A stretch of DNA of 64,000 nucleotides, taken from assembly GCA_040901675.1 (NCBI GenBank), contig JBBDYJ010000031.1, positions 217,220 through 281,219 on the forward strand, read 5' to 3'. Origin of the DNA: Pirellulales bacterium. Lineage in GTDB: Bacteria > Planctomycetota > Planctomycetia > Pirellulales > JAICIG01. Both the position numbers and the translations under genes were made by a program. Positions 50,755 through 59,739 of the stretch are shown in pieces; the stretch's first letter is position 1; every line of letters starts with the position of its first letter. The notes beneath the pieces were generated by a model, which was given only the letters and a program-made list of their open reading frames with translations, was not told the DNA's origin and ran no database searches.

Positions 50755-52530
50755 ATGAATCCCGTCACCGAACCGACGGCCGGAGCAATCGACCCGCGCG
50801 GCCGGCTCGCCGCCACTGCGCCTTTCGGCGGGCCTCCGGCGGCCGATTTTCCCTGCCATCTCGACGCGCCTCGACCGTTGCGTCCCATGCTGCCCCCCGC
50901 CGGGCGGCTGCTGGCGCTGCTGGTCGTCTTGTGCCTGGTCCCGCGCGCCTTGATGGCATACAAGCTCGACGTGCTCTGCCGCGACGGGGTCTTTTACATC
51001 CAGCTCGCCGAAGCATTCGCTGCGGGTGACCTCGAAGGCGGACTCGATGGGATGCGGCTCAATCTGTACCCCTTGATTCTGCTCGAATTGCACCGAGCCG
51101 GCCTCGATTGGGAACTCGGCGGGAAATGCTGGGGGGTGCTCGTTTCTTCCTTGGTGGTCTTGCCCCTTTTCGGCTGGTTGCGGCGGCAGTTCGACCAGTC
51201 CGTGGCCCTGGCCGCTTGTTTGCTCTACGCGGTCCACCCCAAGCTGATCGAATGGAGCCCCGAACTGATCCGCGACTCCACATTCTGGTTGTTCTGGACC
51301 CTCGCGTTGTACTGCTCCTGGCGAGCGACGACCGAAGTGCGGATCCGCTGGTACGTGGCCGCCGGGACTGCAATCACCCTGGCATTGCACACCCGTTTCG
51401 AAGGCTGGTTTCTGCTCTTTCCCCTCGTCTGGTGGTCCGCCATGCGCTGGAGGGTGCTCATCGAAGACCGCCGCCGCGTCCTGCCGGGGCTGTTGTTGGC
51501 CGCATTGACCTACCCCCTGTTCCTGCTGGCAGTGAACCTGACCTGGCTGGCTGAGTATCCTCGTTGGGAGCTAGGCAGTTTCGTGCGGCTCCAGTATGTG
51601 ATGCTCTGGTGCCGTTCCGCTGCCGGACTACCCCCGGCTTCGGTCGAACCGGCACCGCCCGCAACCGCAACGCCCGCCGCGGCGGCCGCGCCCACACCTT
51701 CCGGGCCGGCCATGCCCGCGCCGCCACCCCAGCCGGCGCCGCAGCGCATGTCGCCGGGCCGCACGCTAGTCGTCTTTGCCAATACCATGCGACGCAGCAT
51801 GGGCGCCGTTTTTGGCATCGTCTGGCTGATCGGCATGTGGGGTTGGCGTCCTATCTGGCTGCGCCGCGAACATAGGCCGCTGACTGCCATGGTGATCTGC
51901 ACTCTGGCCGGCATCTGGATCCACCTCTGGTACGCCCAAGCCACCAGCAGCCGCTATGCGCTGACGATTGTGCTGTTGGGTAGTCACTGCGCGGCGCTCG
52001 GCTGGCTGGGGGTTTGCCATTGGCTGGCGCGCCTTGCCCACAAGCTGGGAGAATCCTGGCCGCGGCCGCCCGGCCTCCAATCCGCCCACCTGCTCGCCGT
52101 CACGATGGTGCTGTTCGGCGCGATCGGTCTGGGTACGGCCCTGGCCGGCAGCTACGAAGGCCGCAGGCGCGAGGCGGAGCTGGGCAAGTGGCTGCTGGCG
52201 AATTTCGGTCCCGGTCAAAGGGTCGTGACCTCCAGCCAGATGTCGCTTTTGGAGCACTACGCCCAGAGCCCGGCGGACGCTTTGCCGCCGCATGCCGGCC
52301 GCGAGTGGTCCGGCCGGGCCTTGGTGGCGTGCCAGCCGGAAATCGCGGTCTTCTCACGCCGCGAGGTTCAAAGCGACGTTCTGGAACATTTGCTGGACGA
52401 GGCGGCGCGCATCGGAATGAAACAAGTCGACCGGCGGCGCCTGCCGGTCAGCTACGATTGGCAAGATTTGATTGTGCTCCAGCGCGACCGCACGGCGATT
52501 CACACCGCCGCCCGACCGCCGGCTGGCTGA
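50755..52530 (+). CDS. GT-C (ArnT/GT39-like) membrane glycosyltransferase
   Basis: RDGVFYI, LYP, TRFEG motifs and many TM helices; start uncertain. Confidence 0.7.
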   Translation: MNPVTEPTAGAIDPRGRLAATAPFGGPPAADFPCHLDAPRPLRPMLPPAGRLLALLVVLCLVPRALMAYKLDVLCRDGVFYIQLAEAFAAGDLEGGLDGMRLNLYPLILLELHRAGLDWELGGKCWGVLVSSLVVLPLFGWLRRQFDQSVALAACLLYAVHPKLIEWSPELIRDSTFWLFWTLALYCSWRATTEVRIRWYVAAGTAITLALHTRFEGWFLLFPLVWWSAMRWRVLIEDRRRVLPGLLLAALTYPLFLLAVNLTWLAEYPRWELGSFVRLQYVMLWCRSAAGLPPASVEPAPPATATPAAAAAPTPSGPAMPAPPPQPAPQRMSPGRTLVVFANTMRRSMGAVFGIVWLIGMWGWRPIWLRREHRPLTAMVICTLAGIWIHLWYAQATSSRYALTIVLLGSHCAALGWLGVCHWLARLAHKLGESWPRPPGLQSAHLLAVTMVLFGAIGLGTALAGSYEGRRREAELGKWLLANFGPGQRVVTSSQMSLLEHYAQSPADALPPHAGREWSGRALVACQPEIAVFSRREVQSDVLEHLLDEAARIGMKQVDRRRLPVSYDWQDLIVLQRDRTAIHTAARPPAG

Positions 52531-52564
52531 AAGACTGCTCTCGCACGACCGGAAACGTCGGCCG

Positions 52565-54145
52565 ATGACATCTCTTGCCGCTGCCTTCGCTGTTTCGCTC
52601 TCGGCCAGCCTGCTGCTGACACCTTGGGCCCGCCGGCTCGCCTGGCGGATCCGCGCCTTCGACCATGGCGATGGACAACGCAAGCTCCATCCGGAGCCCG
52701 TGCCGCTCTTGGGCGGACTGGCTTTATACGTAGCGCTGCTGGCAGCCACGCTGGTGATTCCGGCGGCTGGCCTTGCCGCGGGCATCGAGTGGCCCCTGAC
52801 CATCGCCCTGCTCTGTTCGGCGGGTGCCATCTGCCTGGTCGGCTGCCTCGACGACTTCGCCGGTCTGCGCGTCCGCTGGAAGCTGCTGGGCCAGGTGATG
52901 GCCACGCTCCCGCTTGTGCTGGCGGGCTTTGCGGTCGAGCGGGTTGACGTGGGCGGACTCTCGCTCGATCTGGGCTGGCTGAGCGTGCCGCTGACCATCG
53001 GCTGGCTGGTGACTGGTGCCAATGCCCTCAACTTCCTGGACGGCATGGATGCTTTGGCCTCCGTCGTCGGGCTGGTGATTGCCGGCGCCGTGGCTGTCAT
53101 GGCCAGCGCGCTCGGCCATCCGGAAGCCGCCCTGCTGGCGCTCATCCTGGCCGGAGGGCTGGCCGGGTTCTTGTTCTACAACTGGCAGCCGGCCACGATC
53201 TATCTCGGAGACGCCGGCAGCATGCTGATCGGCCTCTGGCTGTCGTTGCTGGCGATCGAGGGCTCGCAAGTCCCCGGTGGCGGTACGCCCCTTCTCGCTC
53301 CCTTGGCTCTGATGAGCCTGCCGATTGCCGACATGGGACTGGCGATTGTCCGGCGGACGCTCGCCGGCAAGCGTTTCTGGATTGCTGACCGGGCCCACGT
53401 CCACCACCGCCTGCTCGACCGCGGCTTCGGAGTCGGGCTGACAATCGCCTTGCTCGCCGGCACCTGTCTCCTTGCCGGCGGTGCCGCCTATGCCGGCACG
53501 GTTGCCGGGTACGAGCTGGCATCCTGGTGCGGCATCGTGCTCTTATTCGCTTGCCTGATCCGGCTGCGGCTGTTTGGCGACCAGGAGCTGGCCCTGGCCA
53601 CGCAGGCCATTGCCATGGCTTCGTTGCGCATCGTGGCACGGCTGTCGGGCGGTCGCTTCGCGCGCGACCTCCCCTCGTCCGTGGAGTTGGATCGGCTGTC
53701 CCCTGAAGACGCTTGGGCAAGCTTCGTGACCGAACTAGGCCTGCACCGGGTCGAACGTCTGGAGATCACGCTCGGGTCCGGCCATGAAGTCGACTGGCGT
53801 GCCCGCTGGGGCCTCGAACCGTCCGCCTCAGCAGCCCGGCAGCGCCGAGGCCCAAGCGTTGCCTCCTCTCTCCCGCGCGCCATACGCTCTCCGCCGCCCA
53901 GGCACCACACCGCGCTCACGACACCCTGGACTCTCAAGGTGCGCTTCGATGCGCCGGGTGGCGGCTGGTGCGGACTGCGCGCACGGGTCCGCCAGGGGCC
54001 TGCCACCCATCCGCTCAATTGGCTTTCGCTGTTGGACCTGCTAGCCTTGTTCGGGCGGCACTGGGCCGCACATCCCGAGCGGGCGCCCCGCCGGCAGCCG
54101 CACCTGGAACTGCCCGGGCGGCAAGGCATGCGTGAGGCCGCCTGA
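52565..54145 (+). CDS. wecA: MraY/WecA-family polyprenyl-phosphate GlcNAc-1-phosphate transferase with C-terminal extension
   Basis: RKLH..PVPLLGG, GCLDD, NALNFLDGMD, YLGDAGS and ADRAHVHHRL motifs. Confidence 0.88.
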   Translation: MTSLAAAFAVSLSASLLLTPWARRLAWRIRAFDHGDGQRKLHPEPVPLLGGLALYVALLAATLVIPAAGLAAGIEWPLTIALLCSAGAICLVGCLDDFAGLRVRWKLLGQVMATLPLVLAGFAVERVDVGGLSLDLGWLSVPLTIGWLVTGANALNFLDGMDALASVVGLVIAGAVAVMASALGHPEAALLALILAGGLAGFLFYNWQPATIYLGDAGSMLIGLWLSLLAIEGSQVPGGGTPLLAPLALMSLPIADMGLAIVRRTLAGKRFWIADRAHVHHRLLDRGFGVGLTIALLAGTCLLAGGAAYAGTVAGYELASWCGIVLLFACLIRLRLFGDQELALATQAIAMASLRIVARLSGGRFARDLPSSVELDRLSPEDAWASFVTELGLHRVERLEITLGSGHEVDWRARWGLEPSASAARQRRGPSVASSLPRAIRSPPPRHHTALTTPWTLKVRFDAPGGGWCGLRARVRQGPATHPLNWLSLLDLLALFGRHWAAHPERAPRRQPHLELPGRQGMREAA

Positions 54146-54193
54146 GCTCCAAAGTTCAAATCGGAAGTCCGAAAAATCCGAAAATTCAGAATC

Positions 54194-54574
54194 GTGTTGG
54201 CGGTCTACTGGCCGCTGCTGCTGATTGCCACGCATTGGCCGCGCGTCGACCTGCCTCTGCAATCTCGCACGTTGCACCTCGATAAGCTGGTTCACTTCTC
54301 GGCCTACCTGGTCCTCGCCGCACTCGTGGCACTCAGCCTGCCAGGCCGGCCGCTCGCCGCCACGCGCCGCGTCTGGACCACCATGCTCGCGCTCTTGGCG
54401 CTGGTGTCGGCCGCCGCCCTGCTGGACGAGTGGACCCAGCCCTGGACGGGCCGCGAGTTCGAGTGGTTCGACTGGCTGGCCGACACTGCGGGCGCCGCTT
54501 GCGGCCTGCTGCTCGCCGCAGCAAGAACAGGAAAGGGGGAAGGGGCGAGCGGGGGAAGGGGCGGACGACGATGA
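54194..54574 (+). CDS. VanZ-family membrane protein
   Basis: ATHWP, DKLVHFSAY, DEWTQPWTGR and DWLADTAG motifs. Confidence 0.85.
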   Translation: MLAVYWPLLLIATHWPRVDLPLQSRTLHLDKLVHFSAYLVLAALVALSLPGRPLAATRRVWTTMLALLALVSAAALLDEWTQPWTGREFEWFDWLADTAGAACGLLLAAARTGKGEGASGGRGGRR

Positions 54575-54648
54575 GGCGATGAGGCGAAGGGGCGATGAGG
54601 AGAACGAGGACGACGAGGCAGTGCCTTTGCTCTTTGATCTTCCCCTCA

Positions 54649-54692
54649 ACCAAGCACCAAGATCCAAGTCCTAAGATCCAAGTCCCAAGATC
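54649..54692. repeat. Heptamer tandem repeats (CCAAGCA/CCAAGAT/CCAAGTC)
   Basis: ccaagcaccaagatccaagtcctaagatccaagtcccaagatct; related to the reverse complement of 4598-4620. Confidence 0.7.
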
Positions 54693-55645
54693 TCTTCTCC
54701 TTGCCCTTGCTTGTCCTGGGGTCTCGCTTTCGCCGCTCCTCGCCCCACCAGCCAGGCCAGGCCGAACACGCTCATCACGCCGGCAATTCCGGCCAGCGAC
54801 GTCGCCAGCCACGCATTGCCCAGGCCAGGCATCCGGTAATCGGGCATGGGCACGGCCGGCGGAGCCACCTCGGCCTGCTCAAAACCCAGCCGGGCCGCCA
54901 CTGCCTCCAACCCATCGGGAGCCGCTGATGCCAACGGAGACAGGCAAAACGCCACCAGCAATGCCGCCGCGATGGCGCCGGCGACCAGCGGCCTGAGTTG
55001 CCGGACACCAAGACGCATCTCCGAGGCGTACAGCATCTCGGGGCGCACTTTCAGCAGGAACGCCACCACCGTGCCGGTGATCCAGGCCTCGCCCACGCCG
55101 ATCAGGCTATGGATGGCGGTCATGGCTGCAAAAACCAGCGACAACGGCGCGATGCCCGAGGCGGCCAGCTCCACGGAACACATCGCGGCCGACATCACCA
55201 CCGAGCTCCAGGCGGCCCCGACTGCCCCGGCCACCCGCCCGGCCGGCCCCGCAATCAACTGCCTTACCAACGTGTTGACGAGATGCGCCGACAGGCAGCC
55301 GGCGATGGCCATGTTCAATATGTTGGCCCCCAGGGCCGTCAGCCCGCCGTCGTAAAACAACAAGCACTGCGCGATCACGACCACCGTCATGGCCAGCATG
55401 GCGGCCCACGGCCCCAGCACCACGGTGGCCAGGGCCGCACCCATCAGGTGTCCGGATGTACCCGGCAGCACGGGAAAATTGACCATTTGTGCCGCGAACA
55501 CGCCGGCGCTCATCACGCCCATCAAGGGCACCAGGCGCTCGCCGTCGCTTTGACGGACGCGGCGCAACGCGACCGCCACGCCCGCGGATGCAGCCAGTCC
55601 CGTGCCGATCGCGGTGGCGGGGCTCAACACATCGGCGATATGCAT
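54671..55645 (-). CDS. cbiM: ECF-type Co/Ni transporter S component CbiM/NikM fused to a PDGLE domain
   Basis: N-terminal MHIAD, FAAQMVNFP, GTSGHL, DGGLTALGAN and PDGLE motifs. Confidence 0.9.
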   Translation of the reverse strand: MHIADVLSPATAIGTGLAASAGVAVALRRVRQSDGERLVPLMGVMSAGVFAAQMVNFPVLPGTSGHLMGAALATVVLGPWAAMLAMTVVVIAQCLLFYDGGLTALGANILNMAIAGCLSAHLVNTLVRQLIAGPAGRVAGAVGAAWSSVVMSAAMCSVELAASGIAPLSLVFAAMTAIHSLIGVGEAWITGTVVAFLLKVRPEMLYASEMRLGVRQLRPLVAGAIAAALLVAFCLSPLASAAPDGLEAVAARLGFEQAEVAPPAVPMPDYRMPGLGNAWLATSLAGIAGVMSVFGLAWLVGRGAAKARPQDKQGQGEEILGLGS

Positions 55646-55739
55646 CCGGCTCTGCTCCGCGGATTACTGGCTTAAGCGGCAGTGGTGAACCCGTACTGTT
55701 ACCACCCAGGGCCGTTTTTGGCAACCGCGTGGCCCCGCC

Positions 55740-55893
55740 GTAGCCGGATTCGCCAGAATTCGGGGCGTGGCCCGCCATTCGTCGTAGCCGGAGAGCGCCA
55801 GAATTCGGGCCGTGGCCCGCCATTCGTCGTAGCCGGATTCGCCAGAATTCGGGCCGTGGCCCGCTGCACCAGAACTTTGGCAAGTTCTGCTAC
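55740..55893. repeat. GTAG-type REP cluster: three tandem 44-45 bp units plus an inverted copy
   Basis: GTAGccggattcgccagaattcgg at 55740, 55784 (variant) and 55829; inverted ccagaactttggcaagttctgCTAC at 55869-55893. Confidence 0.85.
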
Positions 55894-55905
55894 CAAAAAT
55901 CCGCT

Positions 55906-56139
55906 TCACACCCGGTCTCGGGCCCCTTGCACTCCTGCATGGCTGGCGCAGTGGGCGCAACAGAACATCGCGCCGTCTGCCTCGACCCCGTGGCCGACGA
56001 TCTTGCAGCCGCAATGATCGCACTGGGGGGCCAAGGAGTGAATAGCGCATTCGAAGCTGTCGAACACGTGCGACTCGCCGTCCTTGAGCACTTCGAAGGC
56101 CTTGTCGTAGTCGTTACCGCATGTTTCGCAGCGTGCCAT
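55906..56139 (-). CDS. Small Cys/His-rich metallothionein-like protein
   Basis: MARCETCGNDYDKAFEV...FECAIH...CDHCGC...GHG...CCAHCA; AGGAG RBS. Confidence 0.85.
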   Translation of the reverse strand: MARCETCGNDYDKAFEVLKDGESHVFDSFECAIHSLAPQCDHCGCKIVGHGVEADGAMFCCAHCASHAGVQGARDRV

Positions 56140-56242
56140 GACTCGCGTCTCCTTTCATTTCTGACCGAATCGACTTGGAAAACCACCCGCGGACCTCCGC
56201 TTTCTGGACCAAACCAGCGCGCGGCAACCCGCTAACACCGCC

Positions 56243-56257
56243 GCAAATTGCGTGCCC
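56243..56257 (-). promoter_or_regulatory. Sigma54-type (-24/-12) promoter
   Basis: GGGCACGCAATTTGC on the minus strand, about 100 bp upstream of the metallothionein-like gene. Confidence 0.55.
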
Positions 56258-56318
56258 GCCGAGCGATACCGGCCTCAAAGGAGTGCTGCCGCGTTCCCAG
56301 CCAGCCCGTTTACCGCAT

Positions 56319-57479
56319 TCAGGCTGACAGCCGCTGCTCCAGCGACGAGTTGGGCTCGAACACCTGGTAGTAGCGGCCCAAAGGGTTTGGCTTCAGAACC
56401 CGAACAGTCCCCTGGAGATCGACCAACTCCAGTCGGCCGTCGCGAACGCGGGGCCGCTGATCGGCAAGCCGGTCGATCACCACGCCCAGGGGCGCCTGCA
56501 ATGCCGCATCGAACTCGACCAGCATCTCTCGGTGCAGCGCGAATACGCTGGAGCCCAGTTCCAGCCGTCCCGGTCCAGCGGGACAGGCCGGTGGTGCAAA
56601 GTGCTGGCACTCCTGCTCAATCAGTGGCTCGCATAAGCGTTCGTCCCGGCCGGTGGCATAGTCGTGCCGCACATTGTCGGTCCGCTGCCCCGTGATGTGG
56701 TCGATGGTCGCCAGCACGAATTCCCCTTCGTCGAACTCGACGAGTCGGCTCTGCCGGCAGCCGTCGCGCGACGCGTCGCCTATCACCCCCGTGTGTACGA
56801 AGGTGCAGCCGCCGACACGGCTGGTCGAATCGCCGTAGCAGTGGCCGAGATGATTGTGGGCCGAGAACCACAGCTTGATCTGCGGGTTCTCCCGCACCAG
56901 GCCGATGAACCGTTCGGGTCGATCGGTGTGATTGATCCAGGCGTTGGGGCACTTGAGGTGCAGACTCTGCAAGACCCGCAGGCCGGAGCCGAGCACCGGC
57001 GCATGTGAGAACACGAACGTGGGCCGCGAGCGGTTCTGGGCCAGCGTGGCCCGCAGCCAGCCGACCTGGACGTCGTCCAGATACACCTCGTGGCGGCAGC
57101 CCGGGTTGGAGCGGAACCGGGTAGTCGAGAGGCAAATGCCCACGGCCGCCCCCAGATCGACTGAGTAGTAAGGCTGCGCTCGCTCGAACGCCTGGCACCA
57201 GGCGGCCACCGCCTGGGCGTCGGTCGCATAATCGCAGCCTTCCAGGTCGTGGTTGCCGATCAGCGTGTGGAACGGCAAGTCGAAGTTGTCGAGGAAGTCG
57301 AGTCCTTCCATGAACGACCGCCAGGTGCCGCAATGGCTGTAGCCGCCCTCGTCTCCCAACTGGAGTATGGCATCCGGGGAGTGCTGGAGAATCTGCTGCC
57401 GGGCCCGGCAATAGAGGTCGTGCTGTTCGGGTTCGTAGTGCAGGTCGCCGATGACGGCGATCGCGGATTTTCTGGTCAT
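56319..57479 (-). CDS. Calcineurin-like metallophosphoesterase
   Basis: GDLH, QLGD, GNHD, SHAP and AHNH motifs. Confidence 0.88.
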   Translation of the reverse strand: MTRKSAIAVIGDLHYEPEQHDLYCRARQQILQHSPDAILQLGDEGGYSHCGTWRSFMEGLDFLDNFDLPFHTLIGNHDLEGCDYATDAQAVAAWCQAFERAQPYYSVDLGAAVGICLSTTRFRSNPGCRHEVYLDDVQVGWLRATLAQNRSRPTFVFSHAPVLGSGLRVLQSLHLKCPNAWINHTDRPERFIGLVRENPQIKLWFSAHNHLGHCYGDSTSRVGGCTFVHTGVIGDASRDGCRQSRLVEFDEGEFVLATIDHITGQRTDNVRHDYATGRDERLCEPLIEQECQHFAPPACPAGPGRLELGSSVFALHREMLVEFDAALQAPLGVVIDRLADQRPRVRDGRLELVDLQGTVRVLKPNPLGRYYQVFEPNSSLEQRLSA

Positions 57480-57872
57480 CTTGCCCTGTTCCGATTGCTT
57501 TGACGAACGGCGAATCGCCGCCTGCCATGTAAAACTTTAGCTTTGGGATTTCGCAGGCGGCGGTGCCCGCCGGAATAGGGCATTTTAGCGACACAGAGCG
57601 AGCGGCGGGAGCCGGAAGCAGGCTTGCGCGTTTCAGATTCGATCTTTCTGCCTCTAGCCGTCTCTCCTCATCGCCCCACCGACCGGGTGGCTGACGGCAA
57701 AGCGGACTTCGGACTTCGGCGAGCTCAGTCGAGTCGCGAACTCAGTCGAGTCGTCGCGCGCCCCAGTTCCTACTTCGGTCATGACGATCCCCCTCGCAGA
57801 AAGCCGCGGCCCACTAGCTATTCGATCGATTCCACTAACTATTCGATTCCTCCGACGCCGGTCGACCACCCG

Positions 57873-58170
57873 TCACTTATCACGTGTTTCCGCGCGCCAC
57901 TCCGGCAGCCGGATTGGCGGAAGGGTCTTTTCCAACTCGGGACGATAGTGTTCCAGTCCGTGGCAGCATCAGCCGCGTGCCGAGCTGGTTGGCCGCCTCG
58001 TCGGCCGTGAAGCCAGGATTATCGGTCGCGATCTCGAACAGCACGCCGCCGGGCTCGCGGAAATAGATCGAGCGAAAATACTTGCGGTCCATCGCCGGCG
58101 AGACGTTGTAGCCCAGCGCGACGAGCTCCCTTCGCCAGGCCGGCTGCTCGTCATCCGGCGTGCGGAACGC
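57873..58170 (-). pseudogene. C-terminal fragment of a ring-cleaving dioxygenase (glyoxalase/VOC family), frameshifted
   Basis: AFRTPDD...[27 protein letters not shown]...LMLP, then a shift near 57958 to [19 protein letters not shown]-terminus absent. Confidence 0.8.
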
Positions 58171-58350
58171 TGGCCGCGGATGACGGGCGGCCGGACCGTG
58201 AGCCACACGTCGCGGATGCGATGTTCGCGGCCGGGAAGGGCCGCCTCGCCGATGCGCACGAGCAACGCCGCGCCGGCACTTCGCCCCACGATGCGGATGG
58301 GACCCGAAAAAGCTTCCGCGCCGCCGGTGAGCGTGGCTTGACCGCCTTGG

Positions 58351-59160
58351 CTGCGAGAAATGCCCCTGGATGGGGTTGGCATCGCAGATCTGGACGCGTT
58401 GGCTGGCTTGACGGGCGCTTTCGTGGTGGCCCTGGGCCTGAGTCTGCTCGGTCGCCACAAGGCTGGCCCACACGGCATTGACCGTCAACGGCTTGTCGTT
58501 TTCGATCACCACAATACCCTCGATCGTCTCGCCCTGGCGGAACACGTCACCGGCTAGCGCCAGCTCGACGCGCACGTCCGGCGCCAGCAGCTTGTCCCAG
58601 AATCCGCCGCCCCCATCGCCGGGATAGCGCACTCGCACGCTCCGCGAGGGCGGATCGGCGGCCGGCAAGGGCGCCACGTCGAACGAGTGCTTGGCTTTCA
58701 CGTCGAAGGCCAGCGGGACGTGGCACCGGACCGACAACTCGTAAAATATCCGCAAGTTCGTGCCGGCGTGGGTGGCCGGAGCGCCGTCTGGCACGGTCAC
58801 GTCCACCTCGAAGGAGTGCTCTCTTGGCTCCAGGACGACGTGCCGCCCGCCGCCCACGAGAGTCGCCAGGGCGTCCCCCGGGCCGCGAAAGCACCCCAGC
58901 GGCTCATGCCCGGCCAGCAGCTTCTGGTCATCTACAATCTTGACGTGCTCCACGGGCGTATGGGTATGGGTGGTGGTGTGCCCCTTGCTGTCGGTGCTGG
59001 TAGTGGTATAGGTGGCCTTGGTTTCCTCCGCGCCCCAGAAGCGCGCATGGATGCCACGGACCTTCAGCCGCTTTTCCAGCGTCAGTACGATCGGCACCGT
59101 GACCGTTTCGCCGCGGACCAGTTCGCCCCTTGGTGCATGGATCGCGAGTTGATTCGGCAT
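58351..59160 (-). pseudogene. Arrestin/SpoOM-like beta-sandwich protein, C-terminally truncated
   Basis: Two beta-rich repeats (LVRGETV...[22 protein letters not shown]...WASLVATE); the frame then runs into unrelated sequence. Confidence 0.55.
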
Positions 59161-59739
59161 GACGGCACTTTCCCGGACCGTTAAGCAACAAGCTTGCCGG
59201 CGGCCCCATTGTCGGCGCAGCGCCGGCGGCCTGCAACTCCGGCCGAGCCATCCCTTTTTTTGATATGCTATGTGCAAGCCTTCCCAATCCACCAAGAACC
59301 ACCGAGATCCGCGATGAAACGAGCATTGCTGGCGCGCGTGTGGGCTTTGGTCGTCCTTCTTGGTGCAGGCGGCCTTCACCGACGTGCGGACTTACGGCAA
59401 GGCCTTGGCCGGCGAGGCAATCTTGGATCTCGCCTCGGAAGCGGCCCCGATAAACGTCCCAGCCCGACTCGACCAGTAGGTTAACAGGCTGATGATTGCT
59501 GCGAACCATGCCGTCTCGTTGCGATTTTTCGAGGTCCGCATTGCTGAGTGGCGAAGGACTGCCGAGGGATAAGAAAGCGGGGGCTGACACTTTCTCAGTC
59601 ACAGGGCTATTGCGCACTCTGGCAATCCGAAAAAAGTTTCTCCGTTTTGGCACGAGATTTACCTTCTTGACCCATTCCCCCAGCGAGATTTAGTCTTCGT
59701 CGGCAGAGAGTCAGCGTCATCTCAAGCAAGGCGTACGTC

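Noticed and set aside
55646..55740. Cobalamin riboswitch upstream of cbiM
   Set aside because: No B12-box or conserved GGGAA elements were seen and the space is too short.
55740..55864. Possible CRISPR array
   Set aside because: The inter-repeat segments are identical rather than unique spacers, there are only three units and no cas genes; the pattern fits a REP cluster.
57880..59379. A genuine 499-aa fusion protein
   Set aside because: The middle segment is read in its non-coding frame and the dioxygenase tail is truncated and frameshifted; treated as a pseudogene mosaic.
59314..59484. Short [22 protein letters not shown]...
   Set aside because: It has a signal-peptide-like start but loses coding character quickly; possibly a gene remnant, with too little support to call.
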